Shown one piece after another: positions 49,484 to 59,656 of a stretch of DNA of 64,000 bases. The translations under genes and the position numbers were made by a program. The notes below the pieces were generated by a model. The model searched no databases. It saw only the letters and a list, made by a program, of their open reading frames with translations, and had not been told where the DNA came from. Source of the DNA: Candidatus Limnocylindrales bacterium (GTDB lineage: Bacteria; Moduliflexota; Moduliflexia; Moduliflexales; JAUQPW01); assembly GCA_035559535.1 (NCBI GenBank), contig DATMBG010000036.1, positions 1-64,000 on the forward strand. Direction: 5' to 3'. Position 1 is the stretch's first letter; every line of letters begins with the position of its first letter.

Positions 49484-50412
49484 TGCCGTTGTCCTTCTCC
49501 AAGCTCAGGATATAACAAAACCATTAACTCCTGAATAGCCCGACCAACCCGTGGACCAAATCCCAAGAGATATAGATCATCCATGGCGATAAACCGACGG
49601 TTCTTCCCGGCAGGTGTCAAAGATAATCCAGGAAGTCGGAAGAGACCATCGACCCCGCCGATACTCTCAAGGCCCCGTGAAGGTAGCAAAAGTACATCGG
49701 GTGCAGCCACTATGGCCGCTTCTGCGGTCAAAGGTTTAAAGCCCTCATAGTCGGTTATGGCATTGATGCCCCGTGCCAGTTTAATCATTCCATCGGCTGC
49801 CGTACCTCTACCCGATACGAGTAGAGTACCCTGCCCTCGAGCGTATATAAATAAAACCTTTGGAGGTTTCGAACGAATCAAAGCCGCCTGCTGCTCTACA
49901 ACCCTGAGATCTTGATCTATCGACCTTATTAACTCTTCTCCTTTTGCTTCCACTCCCAACACTTTAGCAACATACCGAATCTTGTTTCTTGCACCCTCAA
50001 CAGAATACTCTACAGGTAAGACAAGAACCGGAATACCGGAAGCTTTCAATTGCGCGATCACGGTAAGGGGGCCTGCCTCGGGGGTTGCTAAAATCAGGCT
50101 TGGCCTGAGGGAGAGAATACCCTCGGCCGATAGCGCTCTCTGATAACCTACTTTGGGTAAATGGGTCGTGCTCTCTGGGTAGATACTTGAGGTATCCACC
50201 CCAACAAGGTTAGAACCCTGACCCAGGGCATATACGATCTCCGTAATTGAACCGCCAATGGTTACGATACGAGACCTATCACGAATTATGATAGATTCAT
50301 CATCGGCACCTGCCAGCAGGGTTTGGACAAGGGTAGTACCTGCAACGGCCAGCGAAATAAAGAAAATAAAGAATATAAAGAAAAATCTCATGTTGAGTCT
50401 GTAATCAACCAT
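49480..50412 (-). CDS. hmuT: heme ABC transporter substrate-binding protein
   Basis: RIVTIGGSITEIVYALG, VGYQRALSAEGILSL (heme-ligand Tyr region), GFKPLTAEA and LLGFGPR. Confidence 0.9.
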   Translation of the reverse strand: MVDYRLNMRFFFIFFIFFISLAVAGTTLVQTLLAGADDESIIIRDRSRIVTIGGSITEIVYALGQGSNLVGVDTSSIYPESTTHLPKVGYQRALSAEGILSLRPSLILATPEAGPLTVIAQLKASGIPVLVLPVEYSVEGARNKIRYVAKVLGVEAKGEELIRSIDQDLRVVEQQAALIRSKPPKVLFIYARGQGTLLVSGRGTAADGMIKLARGINAITDYEGFKPLTAEAAIVAAPDVLLLPSRGLESIGGVDGLFRLPGLSLTPAGKNRRFIAMDDLYLLGFGPRVGRAIQELMVLLYPELGEGQRQ

Positions 50413-50731
50413 TTCGGGATAGATCTAAAATCCGATGGGGGAACATCTTAATGGCAACGGTTAAGATGTTCCACCCACCGTTCTCCCAGGCTACTTGGAG
50501 AGGTCGAGGAGGTGTCGTAGCCTAGCAGAGAAAGGACTTAATACGGTAATTACCCCTTTATCTGGAACCTACCATACAGATTTTCTCTTCATCCCTCGGT
50601 TTCGCCAGGGAATTTTATCGAAATACCTTTGTGACCCTTAGACTTCATTTTACCATCTTTCCTGTTTAAAAACTCTTTTCGTGAGTGGTGTAAGGGCGAT
50701 ATTAAACCTAACTTCTGTTTTCAAAAAAATT

Positions 50732-50750
50732 GATATTGATAATCAATATC
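50732..50750. promoter_or_regulatory. Fur box upstream of hmuTUV
   Basis: GATATTGATAATCAATATC, matching consensus GATAATGATAATCATTATC at 17 of 19 positions. Confidence 0.85.
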
Positions 50751-50854
50751 AATAATAATATAAAAATCATAAAAGGATCTTCTGTCAAGAAAAATTTTAG
50801 AAATTTTATAACACTTTGAGAGTACAGAAGGTAGCAACATTTCATCTTTAAAAC

Positions 50855-50883
50855 TTGACAAAAAGAGATATAGTTATTATAGA
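50855..50883 (+). promoter_or_regulatory. sigma-70-type promoter for the DUF465/ilv region
   Basis: TTGACA-N17-TATAGA. Confidence 0.5.
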
Positions 50884-51069
50884 TAGAAGATTACCACTCT
50901 GTCTTATTTAGCCTGTAGAGGGGAAGCATCTCGGGTTTTAAATCCATTTCATCCCCTAAGAAGCAGGGTAAATTCCAGTTGGTTTTATCTGGTAGGGGGA
51001 CCCCTGGTGGGGGTGCTTCCTTTTTGGTAAGCCACTCGGGTTACCAAGCTTAGAAGGAAGGAGGCTATT

Positions 51070-51306
51070 ATGTCAGAAGAATCCATGGAGGAGCTCCAAA
51101 AGCGTTTAGAAAGGGAGAATGAGGAGTATGCACGGCTTAAGAAAAGCCATCGAGAGTTAGACCTCAAACTCCAGCAGTTAGAAGAAAAGCGCTATTTGAC
51201 TCCGGAAGAGGAAATGGAAGTGAAGAAAATGAAGAAAGAAAAGCTGAGATTAAAGGATCACATGACTGAGATGCTTCGGGCTTATCAGAAGAAGGGAGCG
51301 ACTTAG
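51070..51306 (+). CDS. DUF465/YdcH family protein
   Basis: NEEYARLKKSHRELD..LTPEEEMEVKKMKKEKLRLKD; RBS GGAGG. Confidence 0.85.
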   Translation: MSEESMEELQKRLERENEEYARLKKSHRELDLKLQQLEEKRYLTPEEEMEVKKMKKEKLRLKDHMTEMLRAYQKKGAT

Positions 51307-51560
51307 AGTAACAACTCCTATAGGAAAGATAACTAAACGGCTGTAACGGAAACCTTTGGCTCTATTCCCTGATTGGGTAGGGTAGGGGGTAATTTGAGGG
51401 TTTATCTTTATTTTCCCGGGAAGAAGCGGTTATTCCCTTCGGGAAGCCCAGGAAATACTTCCTGTTGTTTTATAGCCCCGGGGTTTTAAGGTTATTGGGT
51501 AGAGAACCACTCCTAGCTGGGTCCATAAGGGGAAAGAGTTATAAGGTTGGAGGCATAGGA

Positions 51561-53234
51561 ATGAAATTAACAGGTGCACAAATCTTAATAGAATCCTTAA
51601 AAGCGGAGGGTGTGGAAGTGATTTTTGGTATTCCAGGGGGAGCCATCATGCCCGTGTATGATGTGCTATTTGACTCTGGAATCGCCCATATCCTGACCCG
51701 CCACGAACAGGGAGCGATTCACGCTGCGGAAGGCTATGCAAGGACTACCGGAAAAGTTGGGGTGTGCATGGCGACTTCCGGACCCGGTGCCACAAATCTG
51801 GTGACCGGTTTAGTCGATGCCCTGATGGACTCCACACCCATTGTGGCTATCACAGGTCAGGTTCCAACCCACCTCATTGGAACCGATGGCTTCCAAGAGG
51901 CCGATATTTATGGGATTAGTATTCCGGCAACCAAATATAATTATTTAGTTCGGGACGTTAATAAATTAGCTCAAATTGTCGCGGAGGCTTTTTATATTGC
52001 CAGAACAGGACGCCCTGGACCGGTCTTAATAGATCTACCCAAGGATATTCAAAATGCCGTAACAGAATATGTAAAGCCTAAACCCGTTTCCTTACCTTGT
52101 TATAATCAATATTTTCAAGAAATTAATGAAGCGCAAGTAGACAAAGCCATCCAGGCCATTGAAGAAGCCGAGCGACCCGTTATCTATGTGGGCGGTGGTG
52201 TGATCATATCCGGGGCTCACCAGGAACTTTATGAGTTCGCTAAAAGAACCCGTATTCCGGTTACTACGACCCTTATGGGACTCGGGAGTTTTCCCGGAAC
52301 CGATGAGTTGTCCCTGGGGATGCTGGGAATGCACGGAACCAAATACGCCAACTATGCCATGGGAGAGGCCGATCTTATCTTAGCCCTTGGAGCTCGTTTT
52401 GATGATCGGGTCACCGGAAAGGTCTCTGAATTTGCACGGAATGCTAAAATCGTCCATGTGGATATAGATGCCGCTGAAATTAATAAAATTGTCTATGCCC
52501 ATATTCCTATCCGGGGAGATGTTAAAAAAGTCCTACAGGTGTTCCTTAAAAAGTTAGATAAGGCTAAACTCAAAACCTATGACAAATGGCATAAACAGAT
52601 TCAGGAATGGAAAACCCAATATCCTTTAACCTATGAGAATTCAGAGGATCGCGTCATACCCCAGTATGTAGTGGAACAAATTTACGAAGCCACCAAAGGG
52701 GAAGCGATTATTACCGTTGGGGTCGGGCAACATCAAATGTGGGCGGCCCAGTACTACCGATTTCAAGCACCCAGATCCTGGGTCTCCTCCAGTGGATTAG
52801 GGACTATGGGTTTTGGTTTTCCGGCTGCTATTGGGGCTCAGGTTGCCTATCCCCATAGAACGGTCTTTACCATAGATGGGGATGGAAGTTTCCAAATGAC
52901 CATTCAAGAACTGGCTACCGCTGTACAGTATCATCTGCCCATCAAAATCGCAATCTTAAATAACGGATATCTGGGAATGGTTCGTCAATGGCAGCAGCTT
53001 TTCTTCAAAGGACGCTACTCCCATACATTCCTTGGAAGTCCGGATTTTGTGAAGATTGCAGAAGGTTATGGGGCCGTGGGCATACTTATCACCAAAAAAG
53101 CAGAAGTCCGACCGGCCATTGAAAAAGCCCTTGAAACAGATAATACGGTGGTTATGGATTTTCGCATTCCTCAAGAAGATAATGTTTATCCCATGATTCC
53201 TGCCGGCGGAACTTTAAAACAAATGATCGGCTAA
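51561..53234 (+). CDS. ilvB: acetolactate synthase large subunit
   Basis: FGIPGGAI, RHEQGA, TSGPGATN, GQHQMWAAQ, GLGTMGFG and DGDGSFQM. Start taken at MKLTGAQ with RBS GGAGG. Confidence 0.96.
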   Translation: MKLTGAQILIESLKAEGVEVIFGIPGGAIMPVYDVLFDSGIAHILTRHEQGAIHAAEGYARTTGKVGVCMATSGPGATNLVTGLVDALMDSTPIVAITGQVPTHLIGTDGFQEADIYGISIPATKYNYLVRDVNKLAQIVAEAFYIARTGRPGPVLIDLPKDIQNAVTEYVKPKPVSLPCYNQYFQEINEAQVDKAIQAIEEAERPVIYVGGGVIISGAHQELYEFAKRTRIPVTTTLMGLGSFPGTDELSLGMLGMHGTKYANYAMGEADLILALGARFDDRVTGKVSEFARNAKIVHVDIDAAEINKIVYAHIPIRGDVKKVLQVFLKKLDKAKLKTYDKWHKQIQEWKTQYPLTYENSEDRVIPQYVVEQIYEATKGEAIITVGVGQHQMWAAQYYRFQAPRSWVSSSGLGTMGFGFPAAIGAQVAYPHRTVFTIDGDGSFQMTIQELATAVQYHLPIKIAILNNGYLGMVRQWQQLFFKGRYSHTFLGSPDFVKIAEGYGAVGILITKKAEVRPAIEKALETDNTVVMDFRIPQEDNVYPMIPAGGTLKQMIG

Positions 53235-53236
53235 CC

Positions 53237-53359
53237 AGGCAAAGGGGGCAAGGCGAAAGGCGAAAGAGCGAAGGGCAAAAGGTAAAGGAAGTTTTTCCTT
53301 TTACCTTTCACCTTTCGCCTTTTACTTTTTTGACTTTTTGCTTTTCACCCTTCGCCTTT
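53237..53359. repeat. palindromic heptamer tandem repeat (AGGCGAA/AAGGCAA..TTTCGCC)
   Basis: Directly visible between ilvB and ilvN. Confidence 0.75.
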
Positions 53360-53368
53360 ATTTTGGAA

Positions 53369-53881
53369 ATGCTACATACTTTATCCTTGCTGGTCCGAAA
53401 TCATCCCGGAGTCCTTTCCCATGTGGCCGGACTCTTCACCCGTCGAGGTTATAACATTGAAAGTATCTCTGTGGGTGTAACCGAAAATCCGGAATTATCC
53501 AGAATGACCATTGCCGTAGGCGGTGATGAGCGGGTCGTACAACAGATTATCAAACAATGCCAGAAGTTAGTGGATGTTCTCTCTATCAAGGATTTAAAAT
53601 ACGATGAATCTATCACGCGAGAACTGGCCGTATTTGTCGTCAAGACCCCAAGCAACCAATCCCGAGCAGAAATCATTCAAATAGCCGGTGTTTTTAATGC
53701 CCGGGTCGCCGATATGTCTGAAACCAGTATTATGATTGAAGTGACCGGTAATCAACGCCAAATTGATTCCATTACGCGGCTCTTAGCCCAGTATGGAATC
53801 GAAGAAATGGCCCGAACGGGGATCGTCGCCCTGACCTTCCCGAGCAAAAGAAAACCGGAGGACTCTCTGGAGAAAGAATAA
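53369..53881 (+). CDS. ilvN: acetolactate synthase small subunit
   Basis: HTLSLLVRNHPGVLSHVAGLFTRRGYNIESI and EMARTG. Confidence 0.95.
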   Translation: MLHTLSLLVRNHPGVLSHVAGLFTRRGYNIESISVGVTENPELSRMTIAVGGDERVVQQIIKQCQKLVDVLSIKDLKYDESITRELAVFVVKTPSNQSRAEIIQIAGVFNARVADMSETSIMIEVTGNQRQIDSITRLLAQYGIEEMARTGIVALTFPSKRKPEDSLEKE

Positions 53882-53964
53882 GAGCACAAACCATCAGGTA
53901 AAACGTAAAAGGTAAAAAAGGAATGCCTTGTATTTTTACGTTTTGCGTTTTACGTTTTAGGTAG

Positions 53965-54981
<1,017 letters not shown>

Positions 54982-55041
54982 TCTCCGGGGTGAGGTAACC
55001 CGAAGGGCAGACTTCCTGCCACCTCATCCCCTCTCCCAGGC

Positions 55042-55683
55042 ATGCCGATAGCGAAAGAAGGTTACATCTTCATAACCATCCCGTTGATCTTAACGTTGAT
55101 CCTTTTCCTGGTACCGGGATGGCGCGGGAGTCTCTTGAGCTGGCTATCTCTGGCCGTAACTCTTTTAATGATCAATTTTTTTAGAGATCCCGAAAGAAAA
55201 CCGCCAGAAACCCCGGGGGTCATTGTCTCACCGGCCGATGGAAAAATCGTTCAGGTCGTAGAGGCCGACCGCCGGGAATTGAAAGGCCGCTATCAGCAGG
55301 TAAGTATCTTTATGTCTCCCCTGGATGTCCATGTGAATCGATCCCCCATTACCGGCGTCGTTGAATCCATCACTTATATTCCCGGCCGATTTCTACCGGC
55401 TTTTCGGGATAAAGCCTCTGAGCTCAACGAACAGACCAGCATCATCCTGACTGCAGAGACGCCCCATGGACCGGCTCGGGTTATGGTCAAACAAATTGCA
55501 GGACTGCTGGCCCGTCGAATCGTTTGCTGGCTTCGACAAGGAGACAAAGTGACAACCGGGCAGCGGATCGGCCTCATTAAATTCAGCTCCAGAGTTGATT
55601 TATTTCTTCCGACCACGGTTCAACTTCAAATAAAAGTTGGAGATAAAGTCAAGGCTGGAACCTCTATTATAGGTCGGTGGTAA
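55042..55683 (+). CDS. psd: phosphatidylserine decarboxylase (short type)
   Basis: FFRDPER, SPADG, IFMSPLDVHVNRSP, QIAGLLARRI and IKFSSRVD. Confidence 0.93.
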   Translation: MPIAKEGYIFITIPLILTLILFLVPGWRGSLLSWLSLAVTLLMINFFRDPERKPPETPGVIVSPADGKIVQVVEADRRELKGRYQQVSIFMSPLDVHVNRSPITGVVESITYIPGRFLPAFRDKASELNEQTSIILTAETPHGPARVMVKQIAGLLARRIVCWLRQGDKVTTGQRIGLIKFSSRVDLFLPTTVQLQIKVGDKVKAGTSIIGRW

Positions 55684-55687
55684 AATT

Positions 55688-56467
55688 ATGAAAACAATCT
55701 ACCTTATACCTAATTTTTTTACCCTGGGGAATGCTTTCTGCGGATTCTATTCCATTATTTCCGCAATCAATGGAAGGTATACAATCGCAGCGATTTTTAT
55801 CTTGATCGCAGGATTATTCGATATTCTGGACGGTAAAATAGCCCGAGTTACTAAATCCTCAAGTAAATTCGGTGTTGAATTTGATTCCCTGGCAGACCTT
55901 ATTTCCTTTGGAGTGGCTCCGGGTTTGCTGGTCTATCTGTGGGCCCTTAAACCCTATGGGAAGGTAGGATGGTTGGCGGCATTTCTCTTTGTAGTCTGTG
56001 GAGCTCTGAGACTGGCCAGATTTAACGTTTTGGTGGATAAAGTGAGTATGGATCGGTTTATAGGATTACCCATTCCTATGGCAGCCGGTACCTTAGCCTC
56101 GTCGATTATACTCCAGGAACAGGTCACAGGTAAATTACCCAATCATACCATTCTGATGGCTATTCTGACCTATGTACTGGCGCTTTTAATGGTCAGTGGA
56201 ATCAAATATCGGAGCTTCAAAAAGGTCAATTATCGAAATAAAAATCCTTATCACATTCTGGTTATGGCTACATTGGTACTGATTGTCATTGCAGCACATC
56301 CGGAAATTATGATTTTTGTCCTGTTCTCGATCTTCACCTTATCGGGTCCTGTAGAGTTTCTTTTATCCAGACGAAAAAAGCTGAGAAAGCTTGAAGGAAC
56401 CGTACAGGGGAGTGAAGTTAAATCTTATACCGAGGATCAACCTTTAACCATAAAAAATGAGCAATGA
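55688..56467 (+). CDS. pssA: CDP-diacylglycerol--serine O-phosphatidyltransferase
   Basis: IPNFFT, DILDGKIAR..FGVEFDSLADLISFGVAP and LRLARFN. Confidence 0.95.
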   Translation: MKTIYLIPNFFTLGNAFCGFYSIISAINGRYTIAAIFILIAGLFDILDGKIARVTKSSSKFGVEFDSLADLISFGVAPGLLVYLWALKPYGKVGWLAAFLFVVCGALRLARFNVLVDKVSMDRFIGLPIPMAAGTLASSIILQEQVTGKLPNHTILMAILTYVLALLMVSGIKYRSFKKVNYRNKNPYHILVMATLVLIVIAAHPEIMIFVLFSIFTLSGPVEFLLSRRKKLRKLEGTVQGSEVKSYTEDQPLTIKNEQ

Positions 56468-56523
56468 TCTGGAGTTCAGGGTGCGTAGGTGTATAAAATC
56501 GCTAATTTTTAGGAGGTGATACC

Positions 56524-58065
56524 ATGAGCGAAAAAGTCATTATATTTGATACTACCTTGCGTGATGGAGAACAGTCTCCTGGGGCAAGTATGAATATCGA
56601 AGAAAAGATGCAAATGGCGAGGCAACTGGCCAGGCTGAATGTAGATGTTATCGAAGCAGGCTTTCCCATTGCCTCCGAAGGGGATTTTCTGGCGGTCAAA
56701 GAGATCGCTCAAGAAATTAAAGGCCCTATTATTGCCGCACTGGCTAGAACTACCAAACAGGATATCGACCGGGCTTGGGAAGCTTTAAAATATGCCGAGC
56801 GTTTTCGAATCCATACCTTTATTGCTACTTCGGATATCCATGTCAAATACAAGCTGAGAAAAACTCGTGAGGAAGTTCTGGAAGACGCCATCAACGCCGT
56901 TAAAAGGGCTCGAAATTATACCGACGACGTAGAATTCTCACCGGAAGATGCAGGCCGTACTAAACTGGATTTCCTGTGTAAAGTGATCGAAGAGGTGATC
57001 AAAGCTGGTGCTACAACCATTAACATTCCCGACACCGTGGGATATACCATTCCATGGGAATTTGGGGATCTCATCGCTCAAATTCGAAACCGGGTCCCCA
57101 ATATCGATAAAGCCATCCTGAGTGTACACTGCCACAATGATTTAGGATTGGCCGTAGCCAATTCCCTGGCTGCAATTAAAAACGGAGCGCGACAGGTGGA
57201 GTGTACCATTAACGGAATCGGGGAACGTGCCGGAAATGCTTCCTTGGAAGAGATTGTGATGGCCATCAAAACCCGAAAGGATCTTTTCAATTTTGTCCAT
57301 ACCGATATCAAAACAGAGGAAATTTACCGAACGAGCCGCTTATTGACCCAACTTACCGGACTCATTGTACAAAGAAATAAAGCTATTGTAGGAGAAAATG
57401 CCTTTGCCCATGAAGCTGGTATCCATCAAGATGGGGTTTTGAAGGAAAAACTAACCTATGAAATTATGACCCCGGAGTCTATTGGAAGACCCAGTAATGA
57501 ACTGGTTTTGGGTAAACACTCCGGTCGCCATGCCTTTCGAAATAGACTGGAAGAATTGGGTTATAAATTATCCGAAGAACAACTGAATGAAGCCTTTAAG
57601 CGATTTAAAGACCTGGCCGATAAAAAGAAAGAAATCTACGATGAAGATCTTCAGGTTATCGCAGGAGAACTCTCCCTTTCAATGCCGGAAGCTTACACAC
57701 TGGAATATTTGGGAATTATCGGCGGAACCGGTATCGTACCTACGGCAACGGTTAAGATTCGAAGGGGAGATCAGGTGGTCCAACAGTCCGGATGTGGGGA
57801 CGGGCCTGTCGAAGCAGCTTATCGCGCCATCGATACCATCACCGGAATCCCAGGCCGACTGAAAGAATATTCCATCCGTGCTGTCACCAAAGGTAAAGAT
57901 GCTATTGGAGAAGCCCTGGTAGTTGTGGATTTCGATGGGCAACTGGTAAGTGGTAAAGGGTCCAGTACCGACGTCATTGAAGCCAGTGCTAAAGCTTACT
58001 TGAATGCCGTGAATAAAGTGGTCATGAAACGAGGCCTTAAGGAAGTAAAAGATGAAGGACCCTAA
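56524..58065 (+). CDS. leuA: 2-isopropylmalate synthase
   Basis: [37 protein letters not shown] and LGKHSGR. Confidence 0.97.
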   Translation: MSEKVIIFDTTLRDGEQSPGASMNIEEKMQMARQLARLNVDVIEAGFPIASEGDFLAVKEIAQEIKGPIIAALARTTKQDIDRAWEALKYAERFRIHTFIATSDIHVKYKLRKTREEVLEDAINAVKRARNYTDDVEFSPEDAGRTKLDFLCKVIEEVIKAGATTINIPDTVGYTIPWEFGDLIAQIRNRVPNIDKAILSVHCHNDLGLAVANSLAAIKNGARQVECTINGIGERAGNASLEEIVMAIKTRKDLFNFVHTDIKTEEIYRTSRLLTQLTGLIVQRNKAIVGENAFAHEAGIHQDGVLKEKLTYEIMTPESIGRPSNELVLGKHSGRHAFRNRLEELGYKLSEEQLNEAFKRFKDLADKKKEIYDEDLQVIAGELSLSMPEAYTLEYLGIIGGTGIVPTATVKIRRGDQVVQQSGCGDGPVEAAYRAIDTITGIPGRLKEYSIRAVTKGKDAIGEALVVVDFDGQLVSGKGSSTDVIEASAKAYLNAVNKVVMKRGLKEVKDEGP

Positions 58066-58072
58066 TTCGAGA

Positions 58073-58208
58073 CGCGGAGGAGTGTGGAGGTGTGGGGGTG
58101 TGGGAGTATGGGGGTGTGAGGGTAGAAGATAGAACTTCCCTACTTCCCTACTCCCCTACTCCCCTACTTCCATACTTCCACACCCCCACACCTCCACACT
58201 CCTCCGCG
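58073..58208. repeat. palindromic octamer-repeat element related to 19602-19798
   Basis: CGCGGAGGAGTGTGGAGGTGTGGGGGTGTGG pairs with CCACACCCCCACACCTCCACACTCCTCCGCG. Confidence 0.8.
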
Positions 58209-58231
58209 CCCACGCGTCTTTGTAATAAAAA

Positions 58232-59386
58232 ATGAAAATAGATTTCTTTAACACCGAGTCTCTCCTGTCCGAAGAGGAAATTCTCATTCGGGATACCATT
58301 CGAAAATTTGTTGATGAGCGGGTAATTCCGATTATCGGGGACCATTTTGAAAAGGGAACTTTTCCCATGGATTTGATTCCAGACCTTGCCAAATTAGGGG
58401 TATTTGGCGCCAATCTCCAGGGATATGAGTGTGCCGGACTTAATAATGTAGCCTATGGGCTTATTATGCAAGAGCTCGAACGGGGGGACAGTGGATTGAG
58501 AAGCTTTGTTTCTGTACAAAGTGCCCTGGTCATGTACGCGATTTATACCTATGGTTCCGAGGAACAAAAAGAAAAGTGGCTTCCCAGTATGGCCCGGGGC
58601 GAGAAGTTTGGGTGCTTCGGATTGACAGAGCCAGATTATGGGTCCAATCCGGCAGGTATGCAGGCCAGAGCTGTAAAAGACGGCAAGTTTTACATTTTGA
58701 ATGGAACCAAACGGTGGATTACCAATGGGAGTATTGCCGATGTAGCCATTATATGGGCCAAGCTAAACGGACAAATCCGAGGCTTTCTGGTGGAGAAAGG
58801 AACGCCAGGACTTACCGTTCTGGAAATGAAAAAAAAGCTCTCCCTTCGGGCTTCTATTACCTCTGAGCTCATTTTGGAAGATTGTCGTATTCCCGAGGAA
58901 AATCTCCTCCCCAAAACCGAAGGACTTAAATCTGCTCTTTCTTGCCTTACCCAGGCCCGCTATGGAATCGCGTGGGGTGCCGTTGGATCTGCCATGGCCT
59001 GTTACGAGGAGGCCCTTAATTACGCAAAAACCCGAATTCAATTCGATAAACCCATTGCTTCCTTTCAACTCATCCAGGAAAAACTTGTTTTTATGTTGAC
59101 CGAGATTACCAAGGCCCAGTTGCTGTGTCTCCAATTGGGACGTCTCAAAGATAAAGGAGAGATGGATTATACCCAGGTCTCCATGGCCAAACTGAATAAT
59201 GTCCACATGGCCCTGGAAATTGCTCGAGAAGCTCGGGATATCCTGGGAGCCAACGGAATCAGCCTGGAATACGGTGCCATCCGCCACATGAATAACCTGG
59301 AAAGCGTGAAAACTTACGAAGGAACCGAAAATATGCACAAGCTTATCCTGGGACAGAAAATTACGGGAATTCCGGCCTTTAACTAA
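58232..59386 (+). CDS. acyl-CoA dehydrogenase, glutaryl-CoA dehydrogenase-like
   Basis: ELERGDSG.RS..SVQ, GCFGLTEPDYGS, RASITSEL, ARYGIAWG and TYEGT. Confidence 0.9.
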   Translation: MKIDFFNTESLLSEEEILIRDTIRKFVDERVIPIIGDHFEKGTFPMDLIPDLAKLGVFGANLQGYECAGLNNVAYGLIMQELERGDSGLRSFVSVQSALVMYAIYTYGSEEQKEKWLPSMARGEKFGCFGLTEPDYGSNPAGMQARAVKDGKFYILNGTKRWITNGSIADVAIIWAKLNGQIRGFLVEKGTPGLTVLEMKKKLSLRASITSELILEDCRIPEENLLPKTEGLKSALSCLTQARYGIAWGAVGSAMACYEEALNYAKTRIQFDKPIASFQLIQEKLVFMLTEITKAQLLCLQLGRLKDKGEMDYTQVSMAKLNNVHMALEIAREARDILGANGISLEYGAIRHMNNLESVKTYEGTENMHKLILGQKITGIPAFN

Positions 59387-59405
59387 ACCAATAAATAAAA
59401 TTAGA

Positions 59406-59472
59406 GGGCGAAAGATCCCCATCCTACCCTTCTCATGGACAGAAAGCGTAGGATGGGATTTTTCGCCTTTTT
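59406..59472 (+). terminator. long hairpin with T-tract, probable intrinsic terminator
   Basis: GGCGAAAGATCCCCATCCTAC pairs with GTAGGATGGGATTTTTCGCC, followed by TTTTT. Confidence 0.6.
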
Positions 59473-59656
59473 CTTTTGTTTTTCCTCCTTGTAAATTCCG
59501 GCATAGAACTTGAAAAAAATTAAAAATGAGAATCGATTTTCAATTCTTGAAACAACAGAGTAGGAGTAGTTCTATGCAGTTGCTCACAAGGTTTATCAAC
59601 CTTTAGCTTCCTGTATATGAGGCTACCCCTACCCACAGGATTTAATCATAAGGCTC

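Noticed and set aside
55042..56467. psd-pssA embedded between ilvC and leuA as a novel arrangement
   Set aside because: I recall this gene order from Deltaproteobacteria-like genomes, so it is useful as a taxonomic hint only.
59499..59542. Sigma-54-like CGGCATAGAACTTGA and Fur-like TGAGAATCGATTTTCA upstream of the debranching gene
   Set aside because: The -12 element is GA rather than GC, and the palindrome is 7-2-7 rather than the Fur 7-1-7, so both are too weak to call.
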